Assembly (NCBI GenBank): GCA_965204755.1
Contig: OZ242011.1
Coordinates: 1,952,001-2,016,000 of the forward strand
DNA: 64,000 bases
Reading direction: 5' to 3'
Source: Candidatus Marinacidobacterium sp.
GTDB taxonomy: Bacteria > Acidobacteriota > Vicinamibacteria > Marinacidobacterales > Marinacidobacteraceae
The position numbers and the translations under genes are program-made. The first letter of the stretch is position 1. The number at the start of each line of letters is the position of its first letter. Positions 50,318 to 60,285 of this stretch are shown here, piece after piece. Below the pieces are notes generated by a model, which worked only from the letters and a program-made list of their open reading frames with translations, ran no database searches and had not been told where the DNA came from.

Positions 50318-50775
50318 GACGACACATCGCCTCGGTGTTTCTCGACGCCGGACTCCTGGTTCTGCTGATCGTAGGCGCCGTCGGCAAGGATCGCATCGCG
50401 CGCCATCGCCGGACGAAGCGGTTCACGGTGAACGACTTCGACTTCCTGGTAGAACTGTTGGAAGGGGTGAAGATCTTCGTTACGCCCCACACGCTCACGG
50501 AAGCATCGAACCTGCTCGCTCAACATGGAGAGCCTGACCGATCCCGTTTCCTGGGCGTGCTTCGCTCGCTGGTCGAAGACAGCGAGGAGAGAACTGTTCC
50601 GGCGCGGATCGCGACCGGCACGACCGAATTTCTCCGACTGGGACTTACGGATGCGGTACTGCTTGAAGTCGTGTCGAAGAAGACGCCCGTGCTTACGAGC
50701 GATCAAGACCTCTACCGCACCGCGTTGGCTCGCACCGACGAGTCGGCGCTGAATTTCTATCATCTCCAAGCGTAG
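50314..50775 (+). CDS. PIN domain protein
   Basis: FLDAGLL, TPHTLTEASN, LGLTDA, LTSDQDL. Confidence 0.8.
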   Translation: MRRHIASVFLDAGLLVLLIVGAVGKDRIARHRRTKRFTVNDFDFLVELLEGVKIFVTPHTLTEASNLLAQHGEPDRSRFLGVLRSLVEDSEERTVPARIATGTTEFLRLGLTDAVLLEVVSKKTPVLTSDQDLYRTALARTDESALNFYHLQA

Positions 50776-50927
50776 GCTGACCGCCATGCCGCAGATCGGG
50801 CCGGGGCATTCAGGCCCGACGCGGAGCCCGTCTGTCCTTTCGGGCGGCATGTGGAAGCGGTGAGCACGAGGATGCGGCGTCGTCGGGCGCGAACTTCGAT
50901 CCGCCTCGAGATCGGGGGGAAGACATC

Positions 50928-53900
50928 TTGACAGGGAAACGGTTGATCGAAGTCGCGTTTCCGTTGGAGCGGGTCTCCAAGGACTCCGTCCACGAGAAGA
51001 ATGTGCGGCACGGGCATATCTCGACGCTGCACATCTGGCCGGCGCGGAGGCCGCTGGCGGCGAGTCGGGGGGTGATCCTTTCGACGCTGTTGCCGGACTC
51101 CGGGAACTCCGACCGGCGGCGGCGGGTGTTGGAGCGGATGGCGGGGCACTGGGTGGTGATGCGGGACAAGGAGGGGGAGGTCGTCGGCAGGGTGTGGAAG
51201 GACGGGATCTTCCATTGGGGGGAGGAGAATCAGCCGGAACTGGATGCCTTCCGGGAGGAGGTTCGGGATGCCTTCGGGGGGCGGGCGCCGCGGGTGCTGG
51301 ATCCGTTCGCGGGGGGCGGGGCGATTCCGTTGGAGGCGATGCGGCTGGGGTGCGAGGTGGAGGCGGCGGACTTGAACCCGGTGGCTTGGTTCATCCTGCG
51401 GTGCACGCTCCACTACCCGAAACTCACTTCGGGGGAGCGGAGGCTGCCGGAGCGCCTGTCGGCGTATCCGTCGTTCGGGGAGGCGCGTCGGTGGGCGGAA
51501 TCCGAGGAGTTCCGGCGAAGTCGCGGGGTCGGCCGGCGGGGGCGGAGGAGGAAGGCGGACGCGGAGGAGACGGCGCCGGCGCTGTTGGTCCCGGGGCAGG
51601 CGCGGGCGCCGGCGGTTCCGTTCGCGTGGCACCTGCGGGCGTGGGGGGAGCGGGTGCTCACGGGGGCGCGGCGGGAACTCGCGGCGCGGTATCCGGTGTA
51701 TGCGGACTTCGAGCCGAAACGGCGGAAAGGGCGGAGGCGGGACTACGACCTGCCGGACATCGAGTTCGAGCCGCGGCCCATGCGGCAGTTGCAGCCGGAT
51801 GACGAGGGGAAGGTGTCCGTTGACGCCTTGAACGAGGAGTTCAGCGAGGAATACCTGGAGGACGAGCGGAATCCCCGGTGGGTGGCGAAGCCGCCGGTGG
51901 CTTACCTCTGGGCGAGGACGGCGAAGTGCGCGGGGTGCCGGGCGGAAGTGCCGTTGTTGAAGACGCGGTGGCTTTGTCGGAAACCGGGGGGCGCGAGTCG
52001 GCCGGCGAAGCGCGTGCTGCTCACCATGACGCCGCGGGCGGACGGGAGCGGGGTGGACTTCGGGCTCGAACACGAAGTCCCGGAGGAGGCGGGGAGTCCC
52101 GCAGACCGGCGCGAGAGCGACCGGAAATTGGGCGCGGGGACGATGACCCGGCGGGGTGCGACCTGCCCGTGCTGCGGCGCGATCGCCACGATGGCCGACC
52201 TGCGGCAGGAGGGCCGGGCCGGGCGGCTCGGGGAGCGGATGACCGCGGTGGTGGTGGACGGGCAACGGGGGAAGGAGTACCGGCTGCCTACGGAGGCGGA
52301 GTTCGCGGCGGCGGAGGTAGGGGAGGAGGAGTTGGAGGGGTTGTATGCGGGTATCCCGTTCGGACTTCCCGACGAGCCCACTCCGCCGGAGGGCGCTCTG
52401 GGAATGCGGATTCCCCGGTACGGCTTCGACACTTGGCGGCGGCTGTTCACGAACCGGCAGTTGCTCGCCATCGGCATCCTGCTACGAGAGATCCGGGCCT
52501 GCGCCGGCGAGATGGAGGAATACCCCGAAGCGTGGCGTGAAGGGTTGATGGCGTTCCTCGCGCCGTCCGTCAGTCGCGTCGCCGACCGGGGAAGCGCGCT
52601 GGCCACTTGGACGAACAATCCCGAGAAGATCAGGAGCACTTTCGCTCGATTCGCGTTGCCGATCGTCTGGGACTTCGCCGAATCGTGCCCGCTCAGCGAT
52701 ACCACCGGCGGTTTCCTCCAGGCCGTCGAATGGATCGCCCGCGTGGCGAGCCATGTGGGCGAGGCGGGCGAGTCCGCGCCCGACGCGACGGTCTCGCTGC
52801 GCTCCGCCGCCGATGCGCCGTCGGGGCAGTTCGATCTCATCTGCACCGACCCGCCGTACTACGACGCCATTCCCTACTCCGACCTGATGGACTTCTTCTA
52901 CATCTGGTTGCGGCGGGCGCTCCACGGACTGTCCGACGATACGGACCGCGCCTTCGCCGCGCGTCTCGGCCCGAAGTGGGACGCGGACGCGAACGACGGG
53001 GAACTCATCGACGACGCCAACCGGTTCGACGGCAGCCGGAAAGCCTCCAAACGGAACTACGAGGACGGGATGGCGCGGTGCTTCGCGCGGTTCCGCGACG
53101 CGCTGCGGGACGACGGCCGGTTCGTGGTCGTCTTCGCCAGCAAGGACCCGAACGCTTGGGAGACGCTGGTCTCCGCGATCATCCGCTCCGGTTTCGTGGT
53201 TACCGCCTCGTGGCCGATCCAGACCGAGATGGCCACCCGCCAGCGGGGGCGGGCGTCGGCGGCGCTCGCTTCGTCCATCTGGCTCGTGTGCCGGAAGCGG
53301 CCGGCGGCTCGACGAGGTTGGGACAACCGGATCCTCAAGGAGATGCGCTCGAACATCCGGGAGCGGCTGCGCCAATTCTGGGACGCGGGGATCCGGGGGC
53401 CGGACCTGGTATGGGCCGCGACCGGCCCGGCTCTCGAAGTCTTCAGCCGCCACCCCTTCGTCTCCAACGCGGACACGGAAGGCGAACGGATGAGCGTGGC
53501 CGAGTTCCTCCAGCAGGTGCGCCGGTTGGTCGTCGGCTTCGCGGTGGACCGCGTGCTGGCCCCGGACGACGACGGGGAGGATGCGTCCGTCGCCGAGAGC
53601 CTCGACGACCCGACCACCTACTACCTGCTGCACCGAAACGACTTCGGCCTCGACCCGGCCCCGGCCGGCGCCTGCATCCTCTACTCCCTCTCCTGCGGCG
53701 TTTCCGACTCCGACCTCGGCGGCCGCCTGGACTTCCTGGTGCGGAAGGAATCCCGCGGCGCCGGTGACGAAGACGCGGAAGAAGAACGCGACGACGAGGA
53801 GGGCGGTGCGTCGGGCGACAAGTTGCGGCTCAAACCGTGGGCCCGCCGCCGTCCGACCATCGGCGACCCCGGGGCGGACGGTTCGCCCCCGCCGCTGATC

Positions 53901-54176
53901 GACGCGCTGCATCGGACGATGCGCCTCTGGACGGAGGGCGACCAGGGAAAGGTGGACGCCTACATCGCGCAGACGGGTTACGCGGAGAGCGAACTGTTCG
54001 GGCGCGTCCTCCAGGCGGTGATCGAGATGGCGGAACCGGATTCCGACGAGCGCAGCCTGCTGGAATCCATCCAGAACCATGTCCCGGCGTTCCGCGCCGC
54101 CGCCCCCGCGCCTTCGGGGCCCCGGCCGGCGAGACTCCCCTTCGCGCCGCCGCCCGACCCGGAACCCGCCCAATGA
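50928..54176 (+). CDS. DUF1156 amino-(adenine) DNA methyltransferase
   Basis: KRLIEVAFPL, LHIWPARRPLAASR, DPFAGGGAIPLEA (motif I), TDPPYYD (motif IV), zinc ribbon. Confidence 0.9.
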   Translation: MTGKRLIEVAFPLERVSKDSVHEKNVRHGHISTLHIWPARRPLAASRGVILSTLLPDSGNSDRRRRVLERMAGHWVVMRDKEGEVVGRVWKDGIFHWGEENQPELDAFREEVRDAFGGRAPRVLDPFAGGGAIPLEAMRLGCEVEAADLNPVAWFILRCTLHYPKLTSGERRLPERLSAYPSFGEARRWAESEEFRRSRGVGRRGRRRKADAEETAPALLVPGQARAPAVPFAWHLRAWGERVLTGARRELAARYPVYADFEPKRRKGRRRDYDLPDIEFEPRPMRQLQPDDEGKVSVDALNEEFSEEYLEDERNPRWVAKPPVAYLWARTAKCAGCRAEVPLLKTRWLCRKPGGASRPAKRVLLTMTPRADGSGVDFGLEHEVPEEAGSPADRRESDRKLGAGTMTRRGATCPCCGAIATMADLRQEGRAGRLGERMTAVVVDGQRGKEYRLPTEAEFAAAEVGEEELEGLYAGIPFGLPDEPTPPEGALGMRIPRYGFDTWRRLFTNRQLLAIGILLREIRACAGEMEEYPEAWREGLMAFLAPSVSRVADRGSALATWTNNPEKIRSTFARFALPIVWDFAESCPLSDTTGGFLQAVEWIARVASHVGEAGESAPDATVSLRSAADAPSGQFDLICTDPPYYDAIPYSDLMDFFYIWLRRALHGLSDDTDRAFAARLGPKWDADANDGELIDDANRFDGSRKASKRNYEDGMARCFARFRDALRDDGRFVVVFASKDPNAWETLVSAIIRSGFVVTASWPIQTEMATRQRGRASAALASSIWLVCRKRPAARRGWDNRILKEMRSNIRERLRQFWDAGIRGPDLVWAATGPALEVFSRHPFVSNADTEGERMSVAEFLQQVRRLVVGFAVDRVLAPDDDGEDASVAESLDDPTTYYLLHRNDFGLDPAPAGACILYSLSCGVSDSDLGGRLDFLVRKESRGAGDEDAEEERDDEEGGASGDKLRLKPWARRRPTIGDPGADGSPPPLIDALHRTMRLWTEGDQGKVDAYIAQTGYAESELFGRVLQAVIEMAEPDSDERSLLESIQNHVPAFRAAAPAPSGPRPARLPFAPPPDPEPAQ

Positions 54177-55438
54177 TCCGCCGCCTCCAAGTCCTGAACT
54201 ACCGGGGGCTCCGTTACCTGGACCTCCGGTTGGCCCCGTTCCAGATCCTCGTCGGCCGGAACGCGAGCGGGAAGAGCGCGGCGCTGGACGCCATCGCGTT
54301 CCTCCGCGACCTGGTCGCCTCCGGGCTCGAGGCGGCCGTCGAGAAGCGGACGCGCAACTTCCGGGACCTGGTGTGGGGCCGCCCGACCGGGGAGTCGGGC
54401 TTCGAACTCGCCGTGGAGTGCGGCCTCGCGGCGCGCGACCCCGAAGCGCCGTCGGACCCCGGAGACGACCGGGTATTCCGCTACGAAGTCGCCATCCGCG
54501 AAGTGGACGGAGCGCCCCGGATCACCGCGGAGCGCGGCCTGCTCGGGCCGCTCGGCGCGTCCGGCTTCGGGAGGCGGCGCGCCCGGTTCCCCGACCCGCC
54601 GCCCGCTCCGGGAACGATCTTCGTGGACGCCGCGAACGGGGACTACCGGCAGGTGCTCGCGCGGACCGACGCCGGCGCCTGGCGCTATGAACCGGAGACC
54701 GCGCCGGCGGTGGCCGAGCCCTGGGAGTCGCCCTACACCTTCGGCGCCGGTCGCCCGGCGCTCGCCCACCTCCCGGACGCCCCGGACGACTTCCCGGCGG
54801 CGTTTCGAGTCCGCCGGCTGCTCGCGGAAGTCCGCCGCCTGTTCGCGGCCCCCGCCGCCCTTCGCCGGCCCAGCCCGTATTCGTGGGACGCGAAGTCGCT
54901 GTCCCCCGACGGCGGCAACCTTCCCTGGGTCGTCCGGCGCCTCCGCTCCGAAGACGAAGAGGCGTTCGCGCACTGGTTGGAGCATGTGCGCTCCGCCCTC
55001 CCCGAGGTCGAAGACGTGCGGGTCGTCGTGCGGGAAGAGGACCGCCACGCGTACCTGATGGTTCGGAACAACGCCGGCCACGAGGTTCCGTCGTGGTCGG
55101 TCTCCGACGGCGCGCTCCGGCTGATGGCGCAAACGCTCCCGCTCTACGCGCGCTCCCCGGAGACGATCTGCCTGATCGAAGAGCCGGAAGCCGGGGTGCA
55201 CCCGGCGGTGATGCAGGAGGTGCTCGACGCGCTGCAGCCGGCCGGCGACCGCCAGGTGCTCGCGGCTACGCAGTCCGCGGCGCTTCTCGCGGAGGCCGAC
55301 CCGAAGACGATTCTCTACTTCTCCAAAACCGCGAACGACGCGGCCGATGTCTGCCCGGCGCTCGGGCATCCGAAGTTGAAGACCTGGGACGGCGACCCCG
55401 ACTTCGCCATGTTCTTCGCGTCCGGGATCCTGGACTGA
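54173..55438 (+). CDS. ABC-type (AAA_21) ATPase, MAD3-like, copy 1
   Basis: GRNASGKS, VSDGALR, LIEEPEAGVHP. H-loop reads ATQS. Confidence 0.8.
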   Translation: MIRRLQVLNYRGLRYLDLRLAPFQILVGRNASGKSAALDAIAFLRDLVASGLEAAVEKRTRNFRDLVWGRPTGESGFELAVECGLAARDPEAPSDPGDDRVFRYEVAIREVDGAPRITAERGLLGPLGASGFGRRRARFPDPPPAPGTIFVDAANGDYRQVLARTDAGAWRYEPETAPAVAEPWESPYTFGAGRPALAHLPDAPDDFPAAFRVRRLLAEVRRLFAAPAALRRPSPYSWDAKSLSPDGGNLPWVVRRLRSEDEEAFAHWLEHVRSALPEVEDVRVVVREEDRHAYLMVRNNAGHEVPSWSVSDGALRLMAQTLPLYARSPETICLIEEPEAGVHPAVMQEVLDALQPAGDRQVLAATQSAALLAEADPKTILYFSKTANDAADVCPALGHPKLKTWDGDPDFAMFFASGILD

Positions 55439-56091
55439 TGGCGAGAGGGAGCGTCCGGAAACTCCTGGTCGTCGTGCCCGATCGGCATCTTCGCGCTTCG
55501 CTCGAAACGCTGATCGGCCAGCGCTGGAAGGACCTCGGGATGCGCCCGGAGCCTTTCGAAGTGCGACGACACCCGGATTCCGATCCGGGCTGTCGGATGG
55601 CGACCGTTGCGTTCCTGCGGACCCTCGAACACGACTACGAGCGGGTACTCGTCGTTTTCGACCACGACGGCTGCGGCAGCGGCGATTCCCCGGAGGAAAT
55701 CGAACGGCGGGTCGAGGCCGATCTGGCCGCAAACGGTTGGCGCGGAAGGTCGAGGGTGATCGTCATCGCTCCCGAACTGGAGGCTTGGGTGTGGGGGCGC
55801 TCGGAAGGCGCCCTCCGGGCTCTCGGTTGGAAGGCCGGCTTCCCGGCGCTCCGGAACTGGCTCGCCGGACAAGGCCGGTGGCCGCCGGCGGAGCCCAAGC
55901 CGCCCGACCCGAAGGAAGCAGTGGCGTTGGCGCTGCGCCTGCGCCATCGGGTTCCGGATGCCCGATTCTTCAGGAGTTTGGCTGCCGCCGCGGACTTCGC
56001 CGACTGCCGCGACCGCGCGTTCCGTGAACTCCGCGCCACCCTGTGCGCTTGGTATCCGCCGGTCCCGCGGCCGAAGAGGTATGGATCGTGA
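55438..56091 (+). CDS. TOPRIM-like partner (MAD4/DUF4276-like), copy 1
   Basis: HPDSDPGC, VVFDHDGCG, PELEAWVW, KPPDPKEA, CRDRAF. Confidence 0.7.
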   Translation: MARGSVRKLLVVVPDRHLRASLETLIGQRWKDLGMRPEPFEVRRHPDSDPGCRMATVAFLRTLEHDYERVLVVFDHDGCGSGDSPEEIERRVEADLAANGWRGRSRVIVIAPELEAWVWGRSEGALRALGWKAGFPALRNWLAGQGRWPPAEPKPPDPKEAVALALRLRHRVPDARFFRSLAAAADFADCRDRAFRELRATLCAWYPPVPRPKRYGS

Positions 56092-56206
56092 TGACACGGC
56101 CGGTGGCCGGGAGGGGACGCTCCGTTCTCGCACGGCGCCGACCCCGCGCCGCTCCCCCCGCGCGGGGGGAAGATTCCCGACCGGTCACCGTTCCGGGGCC
56201 CGTATC

Positions 56207-57472
56207 GTGATCCGCCGCCTCCAAGTCCTGAACTATCGGGGCATCCGCTACCTGGATCTTCGGTTGGCCCCGTTCCAGGTCCTCGTCGGTCGGAATGCGA
56301 GCGGGAAGAGCACGGTGCTGGACGCGATCGCGTTCCTGCGCGACTTGGTTGCCTCCGGGCTCGACCTGGCGGTCGAGAGGCGGACGCGCAACTTCCAGGA
56401 CCTGGTGTGGGGCCGGCCGACCGAGGACCTCGGCTTCGAACTCGCCGTGGAGTGCGGTCTCGCGGGATTCGCTCCGGAAGCGCCGCCGGCCCCCGAAGAC
56501 GACCGGGTGTTCCGCTACGAGGTCGCCGTCCGCGAAGAGGAGCGGGCGCCGCGGATTACGGCGGAGCGCGGGTTGCTCGGGCGCTTGGGAGCGCCCGGCT
56601 TCGGGAAGCGGCGCGCGCGGTTTCCGGACCCGCCGCCCGCGCCGGAGACGATTTTCGTGGATGCGCGGACCGGGGAGTACCGGCAGGTGCTCTCGCGGAC
56701 CGACGCCGGCGCGCTCCGCTTCGAGCCGGAGACGGCGCAGTTGGTGAGTGAACCGCGGGAGTCCCCGTATTCCTTCGGCCCGGGACGGCCGGCTCTCGCC
56801 CACCTCCCGGACGCGCCGGACGACTTCCCGGCGGCGCTTCGAGTCCGCCGGCTGCTGACGGAGGTCCGCAGCCTGTTCGTGGATTGCGCGGCCCTTCGCC
56901 GACCCAGCCCGTATTCCCGGGACACGAAGTCGCTCTCCTCCGACGGCGGCAACCTTCCCTGGGTCGTTCGGCGTCTTTGCTCCGAGGACGAAGAGCGGTT
57001 CGAGCACTGGCTGGAGAACTTGCGCTTCTCGCTGCCCGAGGTCGAAGGGGTGCGGGTCGTCGTGCGGGAAGAGGATCGGTGCGCCTACCTGATGGTTCGC
57101 TACGCGGCCGGCCACGAAGTTCCCTCGTGGTCGGTATCCGACGGCACGCTCCGCCTGATGGCGCAGACGCTGCCGCTCCATGCGCGCGCCCCGGAGACGA
57201 TCCACCTGATCGAGGAACCGGAAGCCGGCGTGCATCCGGAGGTGATGCAGGATGTGCTCGATGCGCTGCAGCCGGCGGGCGACCGCCAGGTGCTCGCGGT
57301 TACGCAGTCCCCGGCGATCCTGGCGGATGCCGACGCGAAGACGGTCCTCTGCCTGGCCAAGGACGAGCGCGGCCTGCTCGATGCGATTCCGGCGCTTTCG
57401 CATCCGCGCATGGATGGTTGGATCGGCGCCCCGCACCTGGGCAACCTCTTCGCCGGAGGACTGCTCGGATGA
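56207..57472 (+). CDS. ABC-type ATPase, MAD3-like, copy 2 (no partner gene follows)
   Basis: Close paralog of 54173, same length (421 aa). GRNASGKST, VTQSP. Confidence 0.8.
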   Translation: MIRRLQVLNYRGIRYLDLRLAPFQVLVGRNASGKSTVLDAIAFLRDLVASGLDLAVERRTRNFQDLVWGRPTEDLGFELAVECGLAGFAPEAPPAPEDDRVFRYEVAVREEERAPRITAERGLLGRLGAPGFGKRRARFPDPPPAPETIFVDARTGEYRQVLSRTDAGALRFEPETAQLVSEPRESPYSFGPGRPALAHLPDAPDDFPAALRVRRLLTEVRSLFVDCAALRRPSPYSRDTKSLSSDGGNLPWVVRRLCSEDEERFEHWLENLRFSLPEVEGVRVVVREEDRCAYLMVRYAAGHEVPSWSVSDGTLRLMAQTLPLHARAPETIHLIEEPEAGVHPEVMQDVLDALQPAGDRQVLAVTQSPAILADADAKTVLCLAKDERGLLDAIPALSHPRMDGWIGAPHLGNLFAGGLLG

Positions 57473-57581
57473 GAGATTCCGGGTCCTTGCCGCCATCTGG
57501 TGCGGAGGGGAGATCCGGCGTCGTGTGCGCCGCGTATCTCCTCGCCGGGACTCGCCTGGGTCCGCCTGCCGCAGTCGCCTC

Positions 57582-58083
57582 ATGATCCGCCGTCTCCAAG
57601 CCCGGAACTACCGCTGCCTCCGGTATGTGGATCTCCGCTTGGACCGCTTCCAGGTCCTTGTCGGCCCGAACGCCAGCGGCAAGAGCACCGTGCTCGATGC
57701 GGTGGGTTTCTTGGGCGATCTGGTCGCTTCCGGGGTCGAGGCGGCGGTGGAACGGCGCTCGCCGGACTTCCGGGACCTCGTTTGGGCCCGCCCGGAAAGA
57801 GGTGACGGCATCGGCTTCGAACTCGCCGTGGAGTGCGGCCTCTCGGCGCGCGACCCGGAAACGCCGTCGGCCCCCGGAGACGACCGGGTATTCCGCTACG
57901 AGGCCGCCCGATCCCAGGAAGGCAGCCGAACGCGTGCTGGAACGAAACCACCGGCCGATCACGGCTCGCTTCTATCGAGAGTTGGCGAAGACGGCGGACT
58001 TCCGGGACTGCACGGATCCCGCGTTCTGCGCCCTGCGCGACACTCTCCGGGACTGGTATCCCGCGGCGCCGGAACCGCCCTGA
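57582..58083 (+). pseudogene. Deleted ATPase/TOPRIM pair (copy 3)
   Basis: ATPase N-terminus (MIRRLQARNYR...VFRYE) joined out of frame at ~57903 to a TOPRIM C-terminus (PPDPRKAAE...CTDPAFCALRDTLRDWYP*). Confidence 0.8.
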
Positions 58084-58426
58084 GTCTCGGTGCGGAGCTC
58101 TTCGGTGAGCGAACGGGGGATCGGACTCGCGGTGAGGTGTGATCTCACCGAGCAGGACCGCGAGGCGCTCTCGAAACTAAGGACGATCCGGTGCGCGGTG
58201 GAACGGCAACCACGCTCCCGAGCGCTGCCGAGACGCCGGCCATCGGCAGCGACCGGTGCGCACCGAGCGCATCCCTCGGCCGGCATCGGACTCCGCCGGC
58301 CGATATAGACTTCCGTCGCGGTGCTGGCAGTCACCGATATCGGTGCGCCGCCGTCGAGACTTCGCGCCGTTCCCGGCGATGCCGGGGTCGTAGCCATTCC
58401 GAGCGAGACACTCCCGCACTCAGACG

Positions 58427-59908
58427 ATGACACCCGACGCCGCCTGCCGCGTCTCCGTCCGCGACTTCGGCCCCGTCTCCTCCGCCGCGTTCGACCTGCG
58501 TCCGCTCACCGTCCTGGTAGGGCCCAGCAATACCGGCAAGTCGTATCTCGCTACCTTGGTGTATGCGTTCCTCCAGTGCTTCGGCCCCGCCGGTCGGAAT
58601 CGATCCGCCGTCGCGTTCGATCTACGCGACGACTTCGATGCCATGCCCGACGGAATACCGTCGTCCGCGATCTCCGAATTCTCCCAGTGGGTCATTCGGG
58701 TCCAGGAGACGCGCGCCCCGTCGCCGCTGCCGGCGAGCATATCCGCTCGTCTTCATGCCTTCGTGAAGAACGGCAAAGGACTTCCCGAAGAGTTCACCCG
58801 CCGGTTGCCGCGCTACTACGGAAAACACGATCTGCGCCGCCACCGCGCGAACCACGCGACACTCGAAGTCGAGTGTGTCACTCCGGACAACAATTCAATC
58901 GGTTACCGGTTCGATTTGCTCCGGGACGATCCGAAAGTCACCGGCCGGATCAGCGACGCTCTCCTGAGTCCGCCCACCGTGGTCGACGAACTGGCGCGGC
59001 GGGCCTACGCGCACGCCAACCTGCCTTCTCCCGCCGACGAATCGGACGGCCGGAAGCACCTCAGATGGCTGACTCTGCGCATTTTCGAGGACGCGGTCGC
59101 CCCGCTGCGGCGACCGGTCTATTACCTTCCCGCCAGTCGCACCGGACTTCTGCATAGCCACCTGGGTGTCGTGACCAGCCTCATCGAGAACGCCGCCGAT
59201 CCCACGGCCCTGCCTTCAACCGAACCGAACTTGTTGTCGGTCGTTTCGGCAGACTTCCTGAACAGGATGCTCCGGGCGCGCTCCTTCGATGGAGGTGTGC
59301 GGCCGCCAGAGTTGTTGGACTCGGCCGAGCGCCTGGAGACGGAACTTCTCGGCGGTCGCGTGGATGTCGGACGCGATGAAATCGGCGCTTCGCGTTTCAC
59401 CTATCGACCGACTACCTGGAAGAAGGCCATGCCCTTGGCCTCGGCCTCCTCCATGGTCTCCGAACTCGCGCCCGTCGTGATTTTCCAGCGATACATCCTT
59501 CGACCCGGTGATCTGATCGTTATCGAAGAGCCCGAGGCCCACTTGCACCCGGCGACCCAGGCGGCCTTCGTCCGGTGCCTCGCCCGAGTCGTCCGCGCCG
59601 GCGTTCGCGTGCTGCTCACCACGCACTCGGAGTGGGTGATGGAGGCCGTCGGGAACCTGGTGAGCGCCTCGCGGCTGCCCGAAGAGGCGAGAGGGAGGAT
59701 CGCCGGCAGCGACACGACACTGGCGCCGGAGGAAGTCGGCGTGTGGCTGTTTCGGGAAGCCGAGGGGTCCGGGGGCTCCACCGTGGAGGAGATCACGATC
59801 GATCCCGAAGTCGGTCTCTATCCCGCCGGGTACGACCGGACGGCAGACACCCTCTACAACAACAGCGTCCGCATCTCCAACGAGTTGCGGCGGCTCGCGG
59901 GATCGTGA
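58427..59908 (+). CDS. ABC-type (AAA_15/AAA_21) ATPase, unrelated lineage
   Basis: GPSNTGKS, LPASRTG, SSMVSELAP, IEEPEAHLHP, LTTHS. Lower GC. Confidence 0.82.
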   Translation: MTPDAACRVSVRDFGPVSSAAFDLRPLTVLVGPSNTGKSYLATLVYAFLQCFGPAGRNRSAVAFDLRDDFDAMPDGIPSSAISEFSQWVIRVQETRAPSPLPASISARLHAFVKNGKGLPEEFTRRLPRYYGKHDLRRHRANHATLEVECVTPDNNSIGYRFDLLRDDPKVTGRISDALLSPPTVVDELARRAYAHANLPSPADESDGRKHLRWLTLRIFEDAVAPLRRPVYYLPASRTGLLHSHLGVVTSLIENAADPTALPSTEPNLLSVVSADFLNRMLRARSFDGGVRPPELLDSAERLETELLGGRVDVGRDEIGASRFTYRPTTWKKAMPLASASSMVSELAPVVIFQRYILRPGDLIVIEEPEAHLHPATQAAFVRCLARVVRAGVRVLLTTHSEWVMEAVGNLVSASRLPEEARGRIAGSDTTLAPEEVGVWLFREAEGSGGSTVEEITIDPEVGLYPAGYDRTADTLYNNSVRISNELRRLAGS

Positions 59909-60099
59909 GCGGCCTCGTGGCCTCCGTGCGCGCCGCGGTGGCGCCGGAAGCGGTCGATAGCCGGATCGACCGGGACGGCTGCCGCAGCGACCTCCTGCGC
60001 CGCGCGATCCGCCTGCGCAACGAGATCCGCCAGCCGCTCCTGTTCCAGTGCGGCGACTCCCTGGAGCCGCTCTTCTCCGACCAGAACCCCGCGGCGTAG
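59905..60099 (+). pseudogene. Probable internally deleted partner of the 58427 ATPase
   Basis: GTG overlaps the ATPase stop. Only 64 codons. Confidence 0.35.
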
Positions 60100-60285
60100 A
60101 GCCGCTCGGGAGACCGGGTTTCTGGACGAAACGACTTGCCCCTCACGGCCCGCTCCCGTCGAGACTCGGCGCGAACGACAGACCGCCGGGATCGCCGGGA
60201 CGCAGAATTCCGCACACGCCGCGACCTGCTGAGTGGTATCCCCGCGCGCCGGCGCTAATCTGCGTTCGCCCGCCGCAGTCGCCTC

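Noticed and set aside
58090-58308. 72-aa ORF between the pseudogene and the AAA_15 ATPase
   Set aside because: No recognisable motif, atypical codon usage, no clear RBS.
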